This document shows, in pieces, positions 45,910 to 54,886 of a stretch of 60,221 nt of DNA. The position numbers and the translations under genes are program-made. Origin of the DNA: Candidatus Omnitrophota bacterium (GTDB lineage Bacteria; Omnitrophota; Gorgyraeia; Zapsychrales; Fredricksoniimonadaceae); NCBI GenBank assembly GCA_903860135.1, contig CAIOPG010000012.1, positions 1 to 60,221 on the forward strand. The letters are read 5' to 3'. A model generated the notes under the pieces. It was not told the DNA's origin and did no database searches. It was given only the letters and a program-made list of their open reading frames with translations. Every line of letters begins with the position of its first letter. Within the stretch, counting starts at the first letter, position 1.

Positions 45910-47478
45910 GTGGTCCGCGTTCTTATTTACGATACAACATTGCGTGACGGCTCCCAGGCCGAAGGCATTTCTTTCACCGTCAGTGATAAGGTGAAGATCG
46001 CCCGCAAGCTCGATGAAGCCGGGATCGATTACATTGAAGGCGGATGGCCTGGTTCCAATCCCAAGGACAGGGACTTCTTTGACCTGATGAAGAAAGAGCC
46101 GCTCAAGCATGCCAGGCTGACAGCGTTTTCATCGACGCGCCGCAAGGGTATGACCGCCGCTAACGATCCCAATTATAAAGACCTTATTGCCGCCGCAACG
46201 CCGGTGGTATGTATTTTTGGCAAGACCTGGGATATGCATGTGATCGATGTCCTTAAAACCACGTTGGACGACAACCTTGAGATCATCGGTGATTCGGTGG
46301 CTTTCTTGAAGAAGAAAAAGAAGGAAGTTGTTTATGACGCGGAACATTTCTTCGATGGGTATAAAAGCAATCCTGAATACGCCCTTCTGACACTCAAAGC
46401 AGCCGCAGAGGCCGGGGCGGATATCCTCGTTCTGTGCGATACCAACGGGGGAAGCCTGCCTGAAGAAGTGGCGGGTATTATCGCCGAAGTGCGCGACAAT
46501 ATTGATGCGCCGCTGGGCATTCATACGCACAATGACATGGACCTGGCCGTTGCCAATGCCCTGGCCGCGATCGACGCCGGGTGTGTGCAGGTGCAAGGGA
46601 CATTCAACGGTTTTGGAGAGCGTTGCGGCAACGCGGATCTTTCGACGATCATTGCCATCCTTGCATCCAAACTGGAGTGTAAGACCATCCCTGAAGGGCG
46701 GCTCAAGTCTCTCCGGGATACGGCTTATTATATCAGTGAAGTTGCCAATCTCCCGCTGGCCGACAATCATCCTTTTGTCGGCCATTCGGCGTTTGCGCAC
46801 AAAGCCGGTGTCCACATTGATGCTATTTTGAAGAATCCCCGCGCCTATGAACACATTGATCCGGCACTCTTTGGCAATCACCGCCGTTTTATCACGTCGG
46901 AACTTGCCGGGAAAATGCCTTTTGTCATGAAAGCGGAACAAATGTCCCTGCAGATCGACAAGAAATCTGATGCCGCCAGAGAAATGCTCAAGGCGCTGCA
47001 GCAGAAAGAACTTGCCGGATATCAGTTCGAAGGCGCCGATGCTTCTTTCGAATTGTTCATGAAGAAATTCCTCAAGAAGTACAAGCCGTTCTTTACGCTT
47101 GAAGGTTTCCGTGTGCATACGGAAAAAAGAGCTGACGGGCAGGCTCGGGCGGAAGCAACGCTGCATATTGAAGTCAAAGGGCAACGGCGGTTCAGTTCCG
47201 CGGATAATGTGGGCCCTGTCGGGGCGCTTGACCAGGCCTTGCGCAATGCGCTCACGCCTTTCTACCCGACGTTAAATGATATGCGTTTGACAGATTACAA
47301 GGTGCGCGTGCTCGACACCAAAGAAGGCACCGCAGCCAAGGTGCGCGTCATGATCGAATCGCAAGACGAGCATGATGCCTGGACCACCGTCGGTGTCCAT
47401 GAGAATATCATCGAGGCAAGCTGGGAAGCGCTGGTCGACAGCATCGAGTATAAACTTTTGAAAGATGCCAGGAAATAA
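45910..47478 (+). CDS. cimA: (R)-citramalate synthase / 2-isopropylmalate synthase family
   Basis: IYDTTLRDGSQ, YIEGGWPGSNPKD, HTHNDMDLAVANALAA, and a C-terminal LeuA-dimer-type regulatory domain. The length and the GGWPG motif favour CimA. GTG start 2 nt after the lysC stop. Confidence 0.75.
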   Translation: MVRVLIYDTTLRDGSQAEGISFTVSDKVKIARKLDEAGIDYIEGGWPGSNPKDRDFFDLMKKEPLKHARLTAFSSTRRKGMTAANDPNYKDLIAAATPVVCIFGKTWDMHVIDVLKTTLDDNLEIIGDSVAFLKKKKKEVVYDAEHFFDGYKSNPEYALLTLKAAAEAGADILVLCDTNGGSLPEEVAGIIAEVRDNIDAPLGIHTHNDMDLAVANALAAIDAGCVQVQGTFNGFGERCGNADLSTIIAILASKLECKTIPEGRLKSLRDTAYYISEVANLPLADNHPFVGHSAFAHKAGVHIDAILKNPRAYEHIDPALFGNHRRFITSELAGKMPFVMKAEQMSLQIDKKSDAAREMLKALQQKELAGYQFEGADASFELFMKKFLKKYKPFFTLEGFRVHTEKRADGQARAEATLHIEVKGQRRFSSADNVGPVGALDQALRNALTPFYPTLNDMRLTDYKVRVLDTKEGTAAKVRVMIESQDEHDAWTTVGVHENIIEASWEALVDSIEYKLLKDARK

Positions 47479-47489
47479 TCCGAGATAAC

Positions 47490-50129
47490 ATGCCTGAATT
47501 ATCACCCCGGTATAATCCGCAGGAAGTTGAAGAGAAACGGCTTAAGCTCTGGCAGGAGAAGAAAGCTTTTCATGCGGTGGCGGAGCGTTCGCGCAAGGGG
47601 CCTTTTGCTGTTGTCATCCCGCCGCCAAATGTGACGGGCGTCCTGCACATGGGGCATGCCTTGAACAATACGCTTCAGGATATCCTGATCCGCTATAAAC
47701 GGATGCAGGGCTTTGATGTCCTGTGGATGCCCGGGACAGACCATGCGGGTATCGCGACGCAGAATGTCGTCGAGAAACAAATCGCCAAAGAAGGCCTGAC
47801 CCGTGAAACGCTGGGGCGCGACAAATTCATGGAGCGGCTCTGGGAGTGGAAAGCCCATCATGGGGATACGATCATCAACCAACTGCATAAACTCGGCAGT
47901 TCGTGCGACTGGGACCGCACCCGTTTTACCATGGATGAAGGTTATTCCGAGGCGGTGCGTGAGGTTTTCATCACACTGCATGAGCGTGGCTTGATCTATC
48001 AGGGTTCTTATATTATTAACTGGTGCCCGCGTTGCACCACGGCGCTCGCCGATGAAGAGGCGGAACACAAGGATGCCAGCGGGAGTTTGTGGCATATCCG
48101 TTATGCCTTAAAAGATGATCCATTCCAGAGTGTGATCGTGGCCACGACACGCCCTGAAACCATGCTCGGAGACACCGCCGTCGCGGTTAACCCTTCTGAT
48201 GAACGCTACACGCATCTGATCGGCAAGGTCATTATCCTGCCGCTGATCAACCGGGAGATCACCATCATTGCCGATGATTTTGTTGACCGTGCCTTTGGAT
48301 CTGGCGCTGTTAAAGTGACCCCGGCGCATGACCCTAATGATTTTGCCATGGGGCGTCGGCACAACCTCGAATTCATCAATATCATGCATCCTAACGGGGT
48401 GATGAATGCCAACGCGGGTCGGTTTGAAGGCCTCGATCGTTTTGAGGCGCGCAAGCAGGTCGTTCAGGCTTTGGATGAAGCGGGGATGTTAGTTAAGATC
48501 GAGCCGCACATGAATGCTGTCCGGCGCTGTTACCGTTGCGATACGGTTGTTGAACCGTACCTGTCGCGCCAGTGGTTCGTCAAGATGAAACCGCTGGCCG
48601 AAAAAGCATTGGCCGCGTTCCATGACGGGAAATTGCGTATTCAGCCCAAGCGCTGGGAAAAAGTTTATGAAAACTGGCTGGTCGATATCCGTGACTGGTG
48701 TATTTCACGCCAGATTTGGTGGGGGCATCGCATCCCTGTGTGGTATGACGAACAGGGGAATACCTTTGTCGCCCGTTCCGAGGCTGAAGCCAAGGAAAAA
48801 GCCCGGGTGAAGCATGGTAAAGAGGTCACCCTGTTACAGGATCCGGATGTCCTGGACACATGGTTTTCGTCCTGGTTGTGGCCGTTTGCCACCTTGGGCT
48901 GGCCCAAACCCGGCAAGGATCTGAAATATTTTTATCCCACGGCCGCGCTTTTTACCGCGCCGGAGATCATTTTTTTCTGGGTCGCGCGCATGGTCATGGC
49001 GGGCATTGAATTCATGGGCGAGGTGCCTTTTAAGGATGTGATCTTGCACGGGACTGTCCGCGATGCCAAAGGCCGCAAAATGTCCAAGTCGTTGGGCAAT
49101 GCCATTGACCCGCTGGAAATCATTGGTGAATATGGTGCGGATGCCCTGCGTTTCAGCATGATCCTTAATTCAGGGCAGGACATTTATATTTCCAAAGAGA
49201 AATTCGAGATCGGCCGGAATTTTGCCAATAAACTATGGAATGCCTCGCGCTTTGTGATGATGAACCTGGCGCCTGAAGCCCTGCGGATCGAGGATTTTGC
49301 CGGCATTGATCATGCGGCACTTGATCCGGCATCACAGTGGATCATGGCCCGTTATCAGAAAGCCCTTGTTGCTGTGACCGAAGCTATTGAACAGTTCAGG
49401 TATTCAGAAGCTGAAAATACACTCTATGAGTTTTTCTGGGGAACCTATTGCGACTGGTACCTGGAAATGATCAAAGGGCGTATGGATGATATCAATACAC
49501 AAAAGACAGTATGCCTTATCCTTAAAAACACCCTTAAAATGCTGCATCCTTTTATTCCGTTTGTCACAGAAGAGATTTATTCACATATCACGGGGGTGGA
49601 AACAGTCCTGACGCTTGAAGCCTGGCCCATCCCTGAAGAGAAATATGCGTATGCTCAGGCAGAAGTTGGCATGGGATCGATTGTGGCCATTATCACAGCG
49701 ATCCGCAATGTGCGTGCGCAGTGGAATATCAAGCCGAATGATCCTGTAGAATGTGTGTTTGTGGCGGCGGCCGGGAGTGAGACCGGCTTGCGTACGAATG
49801 AAGCCATGATCAAACGTCTGGTGCGTATGTCGGGGATCCGTTATGCAACGTCGGCCGAGGGCATCACCAATTCTGCTGCCGGGGTTGCCGGTGACATCAA
49901 ATTCTTTATCCCTTTGGGTGACCTGATCGATGTTGCCAAAGAAAAGGCACGGATCACAGCAGAAGTCGCTCAGATGGAAAAAGCGGCTCATGCCATTGCC
50001 GGGCGACTGGCCAATGAAGGTTTTGTCAGCAAAGCTCCGCCGGAGGTCATTGAAAAGGAACGCCAGCGGATGACGGAACTCACATCAAGAGCCTTGGAGT
50101 TTAACAAAGCGTTGGCATGCTTGATATAA
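47490..50129 (+). CDS. valS: valine-tRNA ligase
   Basis: PPPNVTGVLHMGH (HIGH), KMSKS (GRKMSKSLGN), CP1 editing domain, and C-terminal coiled coil. Confidence 0.95.
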   Translation: MPELSPRYNPQEVEEKRLKLWQEKKAFHAVAERSRKGPFAVVIPPPNVTGVLHMGHALNNTLQDILIRYKRMQGFDVLWMPGTDHAGIATQNVVEKQIAKEGLTRETLGRDKFMERLWEWKAHHGDTIINQLHKLGSSCDWDRTRFTMDEGYSEAVREVFITLHERGLIYQGSYIINWCPRCTTALADEEAEHKDASGSLWHIRYALKDDPFQSVIVATTRPETMLGDTAVAVNPSDERYTHLIGKVIILPLINREITIIADDFVDRAFGSGAVKVTPAHDPNDFAMGRRHNLEFINIMHPNGVMNANAGRFEGLDRFEARKQVVQALDEAGMLVKIEPHMNAVRRCYRCDTVVEPYLSRQWFVKMKPLAEKALAAFHDGKLRIQPKRWEKVYENWLVDIRDWCISRQIWWGHRIPVWYDEQGNTFVARSEAEAKEKARVKHGKEVTLLQDPDVLDTWFSSWLWPFATLGWPKPGKDLKYFYPTAALFTAPEIIFFWVARMVMAGIEFMGEVPFKDVILHGTVRDAKGRKMSKSLGNAIDPLEIIGEYGADALRFSMILNSGQDIYISKEKFEIGRNFANKLWNASRFVMMNLAPEALRIEDFAGIDHAALDPASQWIMARYQKALVAVTEAIEQFRYSEAENTLYEFFWGTYCDWYLEMIKGRMDDINTQKTVCLILKNTLKMLHPFIPFVTEEIYSHITGVETVLTLEAWPIPEEKYAYAQAEVGMGSIVAIITAIRNVRAQWNIKPNDPVECVFVAAAGSETGLRTNEAMIKRLVRMSGIRYATSAEGITNSAAGVAGDIKFFIPLGDLIDVAKEKARITAEVAQMEKAAHAIAGRLANEGFVSKAPPEVIEKERQRMTELTSRALEFNKALACLI

Positions 50130-50149
50130 TCCTAAAGAAAGGCCTGCGT

Positions 50150-50461
50150 ATGAAAAAGTTATTAACCGTCTTTGTTTTTCTGGCTGGTTTTATGGCAGTT
50201 TCATCGGTGATGGCCCAGGTTTATGAAAAACAGTATAAGGCTATGACAGGCCCTATGGACCGTGCGGCTGCCCAGAGCAAGGCTGACTGGGAAAATGTAG
50301 CTGAAGTGGGGCATAATGAATGGTCTGACTCGGCTGAAGAGCGTTACACGAATATGACGAGCCGCCTCGATCGGGCCAACACACGCCATTTTGAGGCTGC
50401 TGAGAACTATCAGACCATCAATGAACTCCCCAACGGCGAATTTCAGAACGAACCCTTGTGA
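50150..50461 (+). CDS. small secreted/periplasmic hypothetical protein
   Basis: Signal peptide MKKLLTVFVFLAGFMAVSSVMAQ. The charged mature part has no motif I recognise. Confidence 0.5.
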   Translation: MKKLLTVFVFLAGFMAVSSVMAQVYEKQYKAMTGPMDRAAAQSKADWENVAEVGHNEWSDSAEERYTNMTSRLDRANTRHFEAAENYQTINELPNGEFQNEPL

Positions 50462-50474
50462 GCATGAGCTACGC

Positions 50475-52613
50475 ATGAACATCCAGCACGTTCAGAAAAC
50501 CTCGCGTGAACTGAATATCCGGTCCGCCCAGGTTGAAGCGGTTGTGGGCCTGCTTGAGGGGAGTGCCACGATCCCGTTCATTGCCCGTTACCGCAAAGAA
50601 GCCACGGGGATGCTCGACGAGGTTGTCATCACAGCGATCCGTGACCGCATCAAACAACTCGATGAACTCGACAAGCGCCGGGCCGTCATCGTTGAGTCGA
50701 TCGGGAAGCAGGGCAAGCTGACGCCGGAACTCCAGGAACGTATCAACTCGTCCGGAACCATCACGGAACTTGAGGATCTTTACCTCCCTTACAAACCCAA
50801 ACGTCGTACGCGCGGCATGATCGCCAAAGAAAAAGGGCTGGAGCCTTTGGCCGTTGATCTATTCAAACAGGACATTATTTTTGATCCCGTTAAAGAAGCG
50901 CTCAAATATTTTGATCCTGAGAAAGAAATTGCCACTGTTGATCAGGCGCTGGCCGGTGCCCGTGATATTATTGCCGAATGGGTGAATGAGGACGCTGATG
51001 CCCGCGCGGGGGTGCGTGAGCTTTTCCTTAAGAAAGGCGCATTCCAGTCGAGGATCATCAAGGGCAAGGAAGAGTCCGGCATTAAATTCAAGGATTATTT
51101 TGCCTGGGGAGAAGCGGTGTCGAGCGCGCCGTCGCACCGGGTCCTGGCCGCCCGGCGTGGCGAGAAAGAAGAATTTCTCCTCTTGCGTATCGTGGCTCCT
51201 GAAGCAGAGGCATTCACCCTTCTTAAAGGACGCTTTGTCCGTGACAACAAGTCGCCTGCCGCCGCCCAGGTATCTGTGGCGGTCGAGGATGGTTACAAAC
51301 GCCTGATGGCACCATCCATTGAAAATGAAGTGCGCCTTTTGACCAAGGAGAAAGCCGACGCTGAAGCGATCACCACTTTTGCCACCAATCTTAAACAGCT
51401 CCTGATGGCACCGCCACTGGGTCCCCGGCGTGTGATGGCCATTGACCCCGGTATCCGTACCGGATGCAAGGTCACCTGCCTCGATGCCCAGGGAAAACTC
51501 CTGGAATATCAGACTGTCTATTTACAGCAGGGCGACGCCCGTGAGCGCGAAGGCGCCGAAACCGTAAAATTCCTGGCCAAGAAACATCTCGTGGAGGTCA
51601 TTGCTATCGGCAACGGGACAGCTTCACGCGAGACTGAGGCTTTTGTGCGTGGTTTATCTCTTAAAGATGTTCAAGCCATGATGGTCAATGAAAGCGGCGC
51701 ATCTTATTATTCCGCTTCGGACGTTGCCAGGCGCGAATTCCCCGACCTTGATGTATCGGTACGCGGGGCTGTTTCCATCGGGCGCCGCCTGCAAGATCCT
51801 TTGGCTGAGCTTGTTAAACTTGATCCTAAAAATATCGGGGTAGGGCAGTACCAGCATGATGTGGATCAATCCCGCCTTAAAGATTCGCTCGATGATGTGA
51901 TCATGAGCTGTGTCAACCAGGTGGGTGTTGATATCAATACCGCCAGCCGTGAACTGCTGATGTATGTATCCGGGGTCGGCCCGGCACTGGCGCAGGGCAT
52001 TGTTGATTTTCGCAATCAAAAAGGCCCATTTAAAAGCCGTCATGATATCGCCAATGTGCCGCGTTTTAATGTGAAGGCGTTTGAACAGGCGGCAGGGTTT
52101 ATGCGGGTCATGGACAGCGAGAATCCGCTCGATGCCAGCGCGGTACACCCTGAGAGTTATGGTATTGTTGAAAAGATGGCCCGCGATGCAGCGGCGAGTA
52201 TCCGTGAACTGTTGAACGATGAAAAAACCCGCCAGGGGATAAACCTGAAGAAATATGTGACCGAAAAGATCGGGATGCCGACCCTTAAGGATATCATGGA
52301 TGAACTGGCTCGCCCCGGTCGAGATCCGCGGGCCCGTTTTGAATTTGTCCAGTTCAAGGATGGTGTCAATGCCATCGAAGACCTTGTGCCCGATATGGTC
52401 CTGCCTGGGGTGGTCACCAACATCACGGATTTTGGCTGTTTTGTCGATATCGGCGTGCATCATGACGGTTTAATTCATATCAGCCAGATGTCCGGTAAAT
52501 TTGTCAAACATCCCGCTGATCTCGTCAAACTTCAGCAAAAAGTCATGGTCAAGGTCAAGGAAGTTGACCTTAAACGCAAGCGCATTGCCCTTTCCATGAA
52601 AGATGTTGCCTGA
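50475..52613 (+). CDS. tex: Tex-like transcription accessory protein (YqgF/HhH/S1 domains)
   Basis: N-terminal Tex helical domain (IPFIARYRKEATG), YqgF-like VMAIDPGIRTGCKV, HhH region, and C-terminal S1 domain (GVVTNITDFGCFVDIG...HIS). Confidence 0.9.
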   Translation: MNIQHVQKTSRELNIRSAQVEAVVGLLEGSATIPFIARYRKEATGMLDEVVITAIRDRIKQLDELDKRRAVIVESIGKQGKLTPELQERINSSGTITELEDLYLPYKPKRRTRGMIAKEKGLEPLAVDLFKQDIIFDPVKEALKYFDPEKEIATVDQALAGARDIIAEWVNEDADARAGVRELFLKKGAFQSRIIKGKEESGIKFKDYFAWGEAVSSAPSHRVLAARRGEKEEFLLLRIVAPEAEAFTLLKGRFVRDNKSPAAAQVSVAVEDGYKRLMAPSIENEVRLLTKEKADAEAITTFATNLKQLLMAPPLGPRRVMAIDPGIRTGCKVTCLDAQGKLLEYQTVYLQQGDAREREGAETVKFLAKKHLVEVIAIGNGTASRETEAFVRGLSLKDVQAMMVNESGASYYSASDVARREFPDLDVSVRGAVSIGRRLQDPLAELVKLDPKNIGVGQYQHDVDQSRLKDSLDDVIMSCVNQVGVDINTASRELLMYVSGVGPALAQGIVDFRNQKGPFKSRHDIANVPRFNVKAFEQAAGFMRVMDSENPLDASAVHPESYGIVEKMARDAAASIRELLNDEKTRQGINLKKYVTEKIGMPTLKDIMDELARPGRDPRARFEFVQFKDGVNAIEDLVPDMVLPGVVTNITDFGCFVDIGVHHDGLIHISQMSGKFVKHPADLVKLQQKVMVKVKEVDLKRKRIALSMKDVA

Positions 52614-52701
52614 AGTAAATGACGCGTTTGAAAAATCCTTAAAAATCCCTTGAAAATCCAGCCTTTCTGACCACAATGGGTGGAACGGAGACTCCCTTTA
52701 T

Positions 52702-54237
52702 ATGGCATATCTAGTATTCGCACGCAAGTATCGCCCCCATACGTTCGATGAGGTTGTCGGTCAGGAACATGTGACCGGTGCTTTAAAGAGCGCGATCGCG
52801 GCCAACAAGGCGGGGCATGCTTTTTTGTTCAGCGGCCCTCGCGGCGTGGGTAAAACCACCTGTGCCCGCATCCTGGCCAGGGAGATCAACAAGGCCGCGC
52901 CCCAGGCCGAAGGCTTGATGGAATTTGACGGCACTAACCTTGATATTATTGAAATTGACGGTGCTTCGAATCGCGGCATCGACGAAGCACGCGCCATCCG
53001 TGAGAATGCGATGTTCCTGCCGATGTCGGGTGGGTACAAGTTTTATATCATTGATGAAGTCCATATGTTGACCGAACCGGCATTCAATGCGCTGTTAAAG
53101 ACACTCGAAGAGCCGCCGGCGCATGTAAAATTTATTTTTGCGACCACCGATCCCGAGAAAGTGCCGACGACCATCCGTTCACGTTGTCAGCAGTTCCATT
53201 TTAAACGGCTGTCCATGGAGTTGATCCAGTCTCAGCTGAAAGCCATTTGTAAGACTGAAGGCCTTTCTGTCGATGATGACGCCCTTTATGCCATAGCCAG
53301 GGCGGCGCAGGGAGGGATGCGCGATGCCTTGGGGATCCTCGATCAGCTGGGGGCGGGGGGCGATCATGTGACGGTCGATAGCGCCAATGCCCTTTTGGGG
53401 TTAATTGACGTCAAATATATTTTTGATCTGGCCGACAATATTATTCTCAAAGATGCCGCCTTGGCCATGGGCGGCATGGCAACGGTCATTGATGCCGGCA
53501 AGGATGACAGCCGCCTGAGCCGTGATATGGTCGAGCATTTTCGCCATTTGATGATGATGAAAATTGATCCCGAGAAATTGCAGGGTTTGATCGATTATCC
53601 GGTATTTTATCGCAAACAACTGCTCGATCAGGCCCAACGCCTGACCATGGGCCAGATACTTAAGGTGATGGATATTTTCATCCAGACCCGTGATACGGAA
53701 CGATTGACTGATGCGCCGCGCCTGGCCCTTGAATTGGCTCTGACGCGCGCCATCGTGGCACTTTCAGGGGTAACAGCGGTCGTTGCGCCGGTCTTACAAC
53801 CACAACTTAACCCACAACCACAACCACAATCTGTACCTGTTCAGAAACCGGGCGTCGCGGTTGTCCAGGCCGCTGTGGCATTGCCGAGCGGTCTTGCGCT
53901 CGAAGAGATTCGCCAGCGTTGGGATGCGATGACAGCGGCGGTACAGTCTGAAAAGACTTTTCTGGGAACATATTTGCTCGAGGGCGCACCGGTGTCGGTG
54001 AGCGGGCATACGTTGACCGTGGCACTGCCGACCGAGTTTTCATTCCATAAAGAATGCCTCGAAGAACCTGACGCCATGAACCTTATCCATGATGCCTTTG
54101 CGCGGATCCTGGGTAAGGACGTTCAGGTCAAATTTATCTTGCTGAACGGTGTCGCCCGTGAAGACAGCGCGGCCCTCAAGGACGCTCTGAATATGATGCA
54201 AGGCGAAGTTGTCAACGAATGGCATAATGACCGATGA
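52702..54237 (+). CDS. dnaX: DNA polymerase III subunit gamma/tau
   Basis: ARKYRP..F.EVVGQEH, Walker A GPRGVGKTT, IIDEVHML, and the SRC motif (RSRCQ). A P/Q-rich linker precedes the C-terminal domain. Confidence 0.9.
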   Translation: MAYLVFARKYRPHTFDEVVGQEHVTGALKSAIAANKAGHAFLFSGPRGVGKTTCARILAREINKAAPQAEGLMEFDGTNLDIIEIDGASNRGIDEARAIRENAMFLPMSGGYKFYIIDEVHMLTEPAFNALLKTLEEPPAHVKFIFATTDPEKVPTTIRSRCQQFHFKRLSMELIQSQLKAICKTEGLSVDDDALYAIARAAQGGMRDALGILDQLGAGGDHVTVDSANALLGLIDVKYIFDLADNIILKDAALAMGGMATVIDAGKDDSRLSRDMVEHFRHLMMMKIDPEKLQGLIDYPVFYRKQLLDQAQRLTMGQILKVMDIFIQTRDTERLTDAPRLALELALTRAIVALSGVTAVVAPVLQPQLNPQPQPQSVPVQKPGVAVVQAAVALPSGLALEEIRQRWDAMTAAVQSEKTFLGTYLLEGAPVSVSGHTLTVALPTEFSFHKECLEEPDAMNLIHDAFARILGKDVQVKFILLNGVAREDSAALKDALNMMQGEVVNEWHNDR

Positions 54238-54872
54238 TCTATCCACGTGTAATTGAAAATCTTATTGAACAGCTGACCCGGTTGCCGGGTATCGGGCGGC
54301 GCAGTGCCGAGCGCATGGTATTTTTCCTGCTCAATGCCCCGATGGACAGCAGTCAGCGTCTGGCGCAGGGGATCATTGATCTGCGTGAAAAATTGCGCTT
54401 CTGCCGTATTTGCAATAATTTTACCGAGACGGAATTATGTTCGGTCTGCATGGATCCCGCCCGTGATAACGGGGTGATCTGTGTGGTGGAAACCCCGAAA
54501 GATGTGATCGCCATTGAAAAGACAGGCAGTTTCCACGGGCAGTATTTTGTGCTGTTGGGAACGATCGCTCCTTCCGAAGGGCGGGGGCCCGATGATATTG
54601 ATTTAAACAAATTGATCCGCCGTGTTGAAGACAGTGCCGGGGGGATCCATGAAATTGTCCTGGCCACGGATGCTGACCTGGAAGGTGAACTGACGGCCCT
54701 GCACCTGATAAAGGCATTGCAACCCTACGCCCTTAAAGTTTCACGCATCGGTGTGGGCTTGCCGGCAGGCGGTTCAGTGGAATTTGCTGATATTTCAACG
54801 CTCACCATGTCGTTCAATGCCCGCAGGGATGTGGCACCGCCCAAAGAAGTTTGCGCAGCGTCTATTCATTAA
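54234..54872 (+). CDS. recR: recombination protein RecR
   Basis: HhH LPGIGRRSAERM, C4 zinc finger CRICNNF...CSVC, and Toprim VICVVETPKDV...ATDADLEGE. Confidence 0.9.
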   Translation: MIYPRVIENLIEQLTRLPGIGRRSAERMVFFLLNAPMDSSQRLAQGIIDLREKLRFCRICNNFTETELCSVCMDPARDNGVICVVETPKDVIAIEKTGSFHGQYFVLLGTIAPSEGRGPDDIDLNKLIRRVEDSAGGIHEIVLATDADLEGELTALHLIKALQPYALKVSRIGVGLPAGGSVEFADISTLTMSFNARRDVAPPKEVCAASIH

Positions 54873-54886
54873 CCAGACAGGGATTT

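Noticed and set aside
46129-47184. A 351-aa minus-strand ORF opposite cimA.
   Set aside because: Antisense shadow ORF with no motifs. The + strand product has unambiguous citramalate/IPM synthase signatures.
52702-54237. Programmed -1 frameshift site in dnaX (the gamma/tau split as in E. coli).
   Set aside because: I found no A-AAA-AAG-type slippery heptamer in the gene by eye. The P/Q-rich linker repeat (CCACAACC...) is ordinary low complexity.
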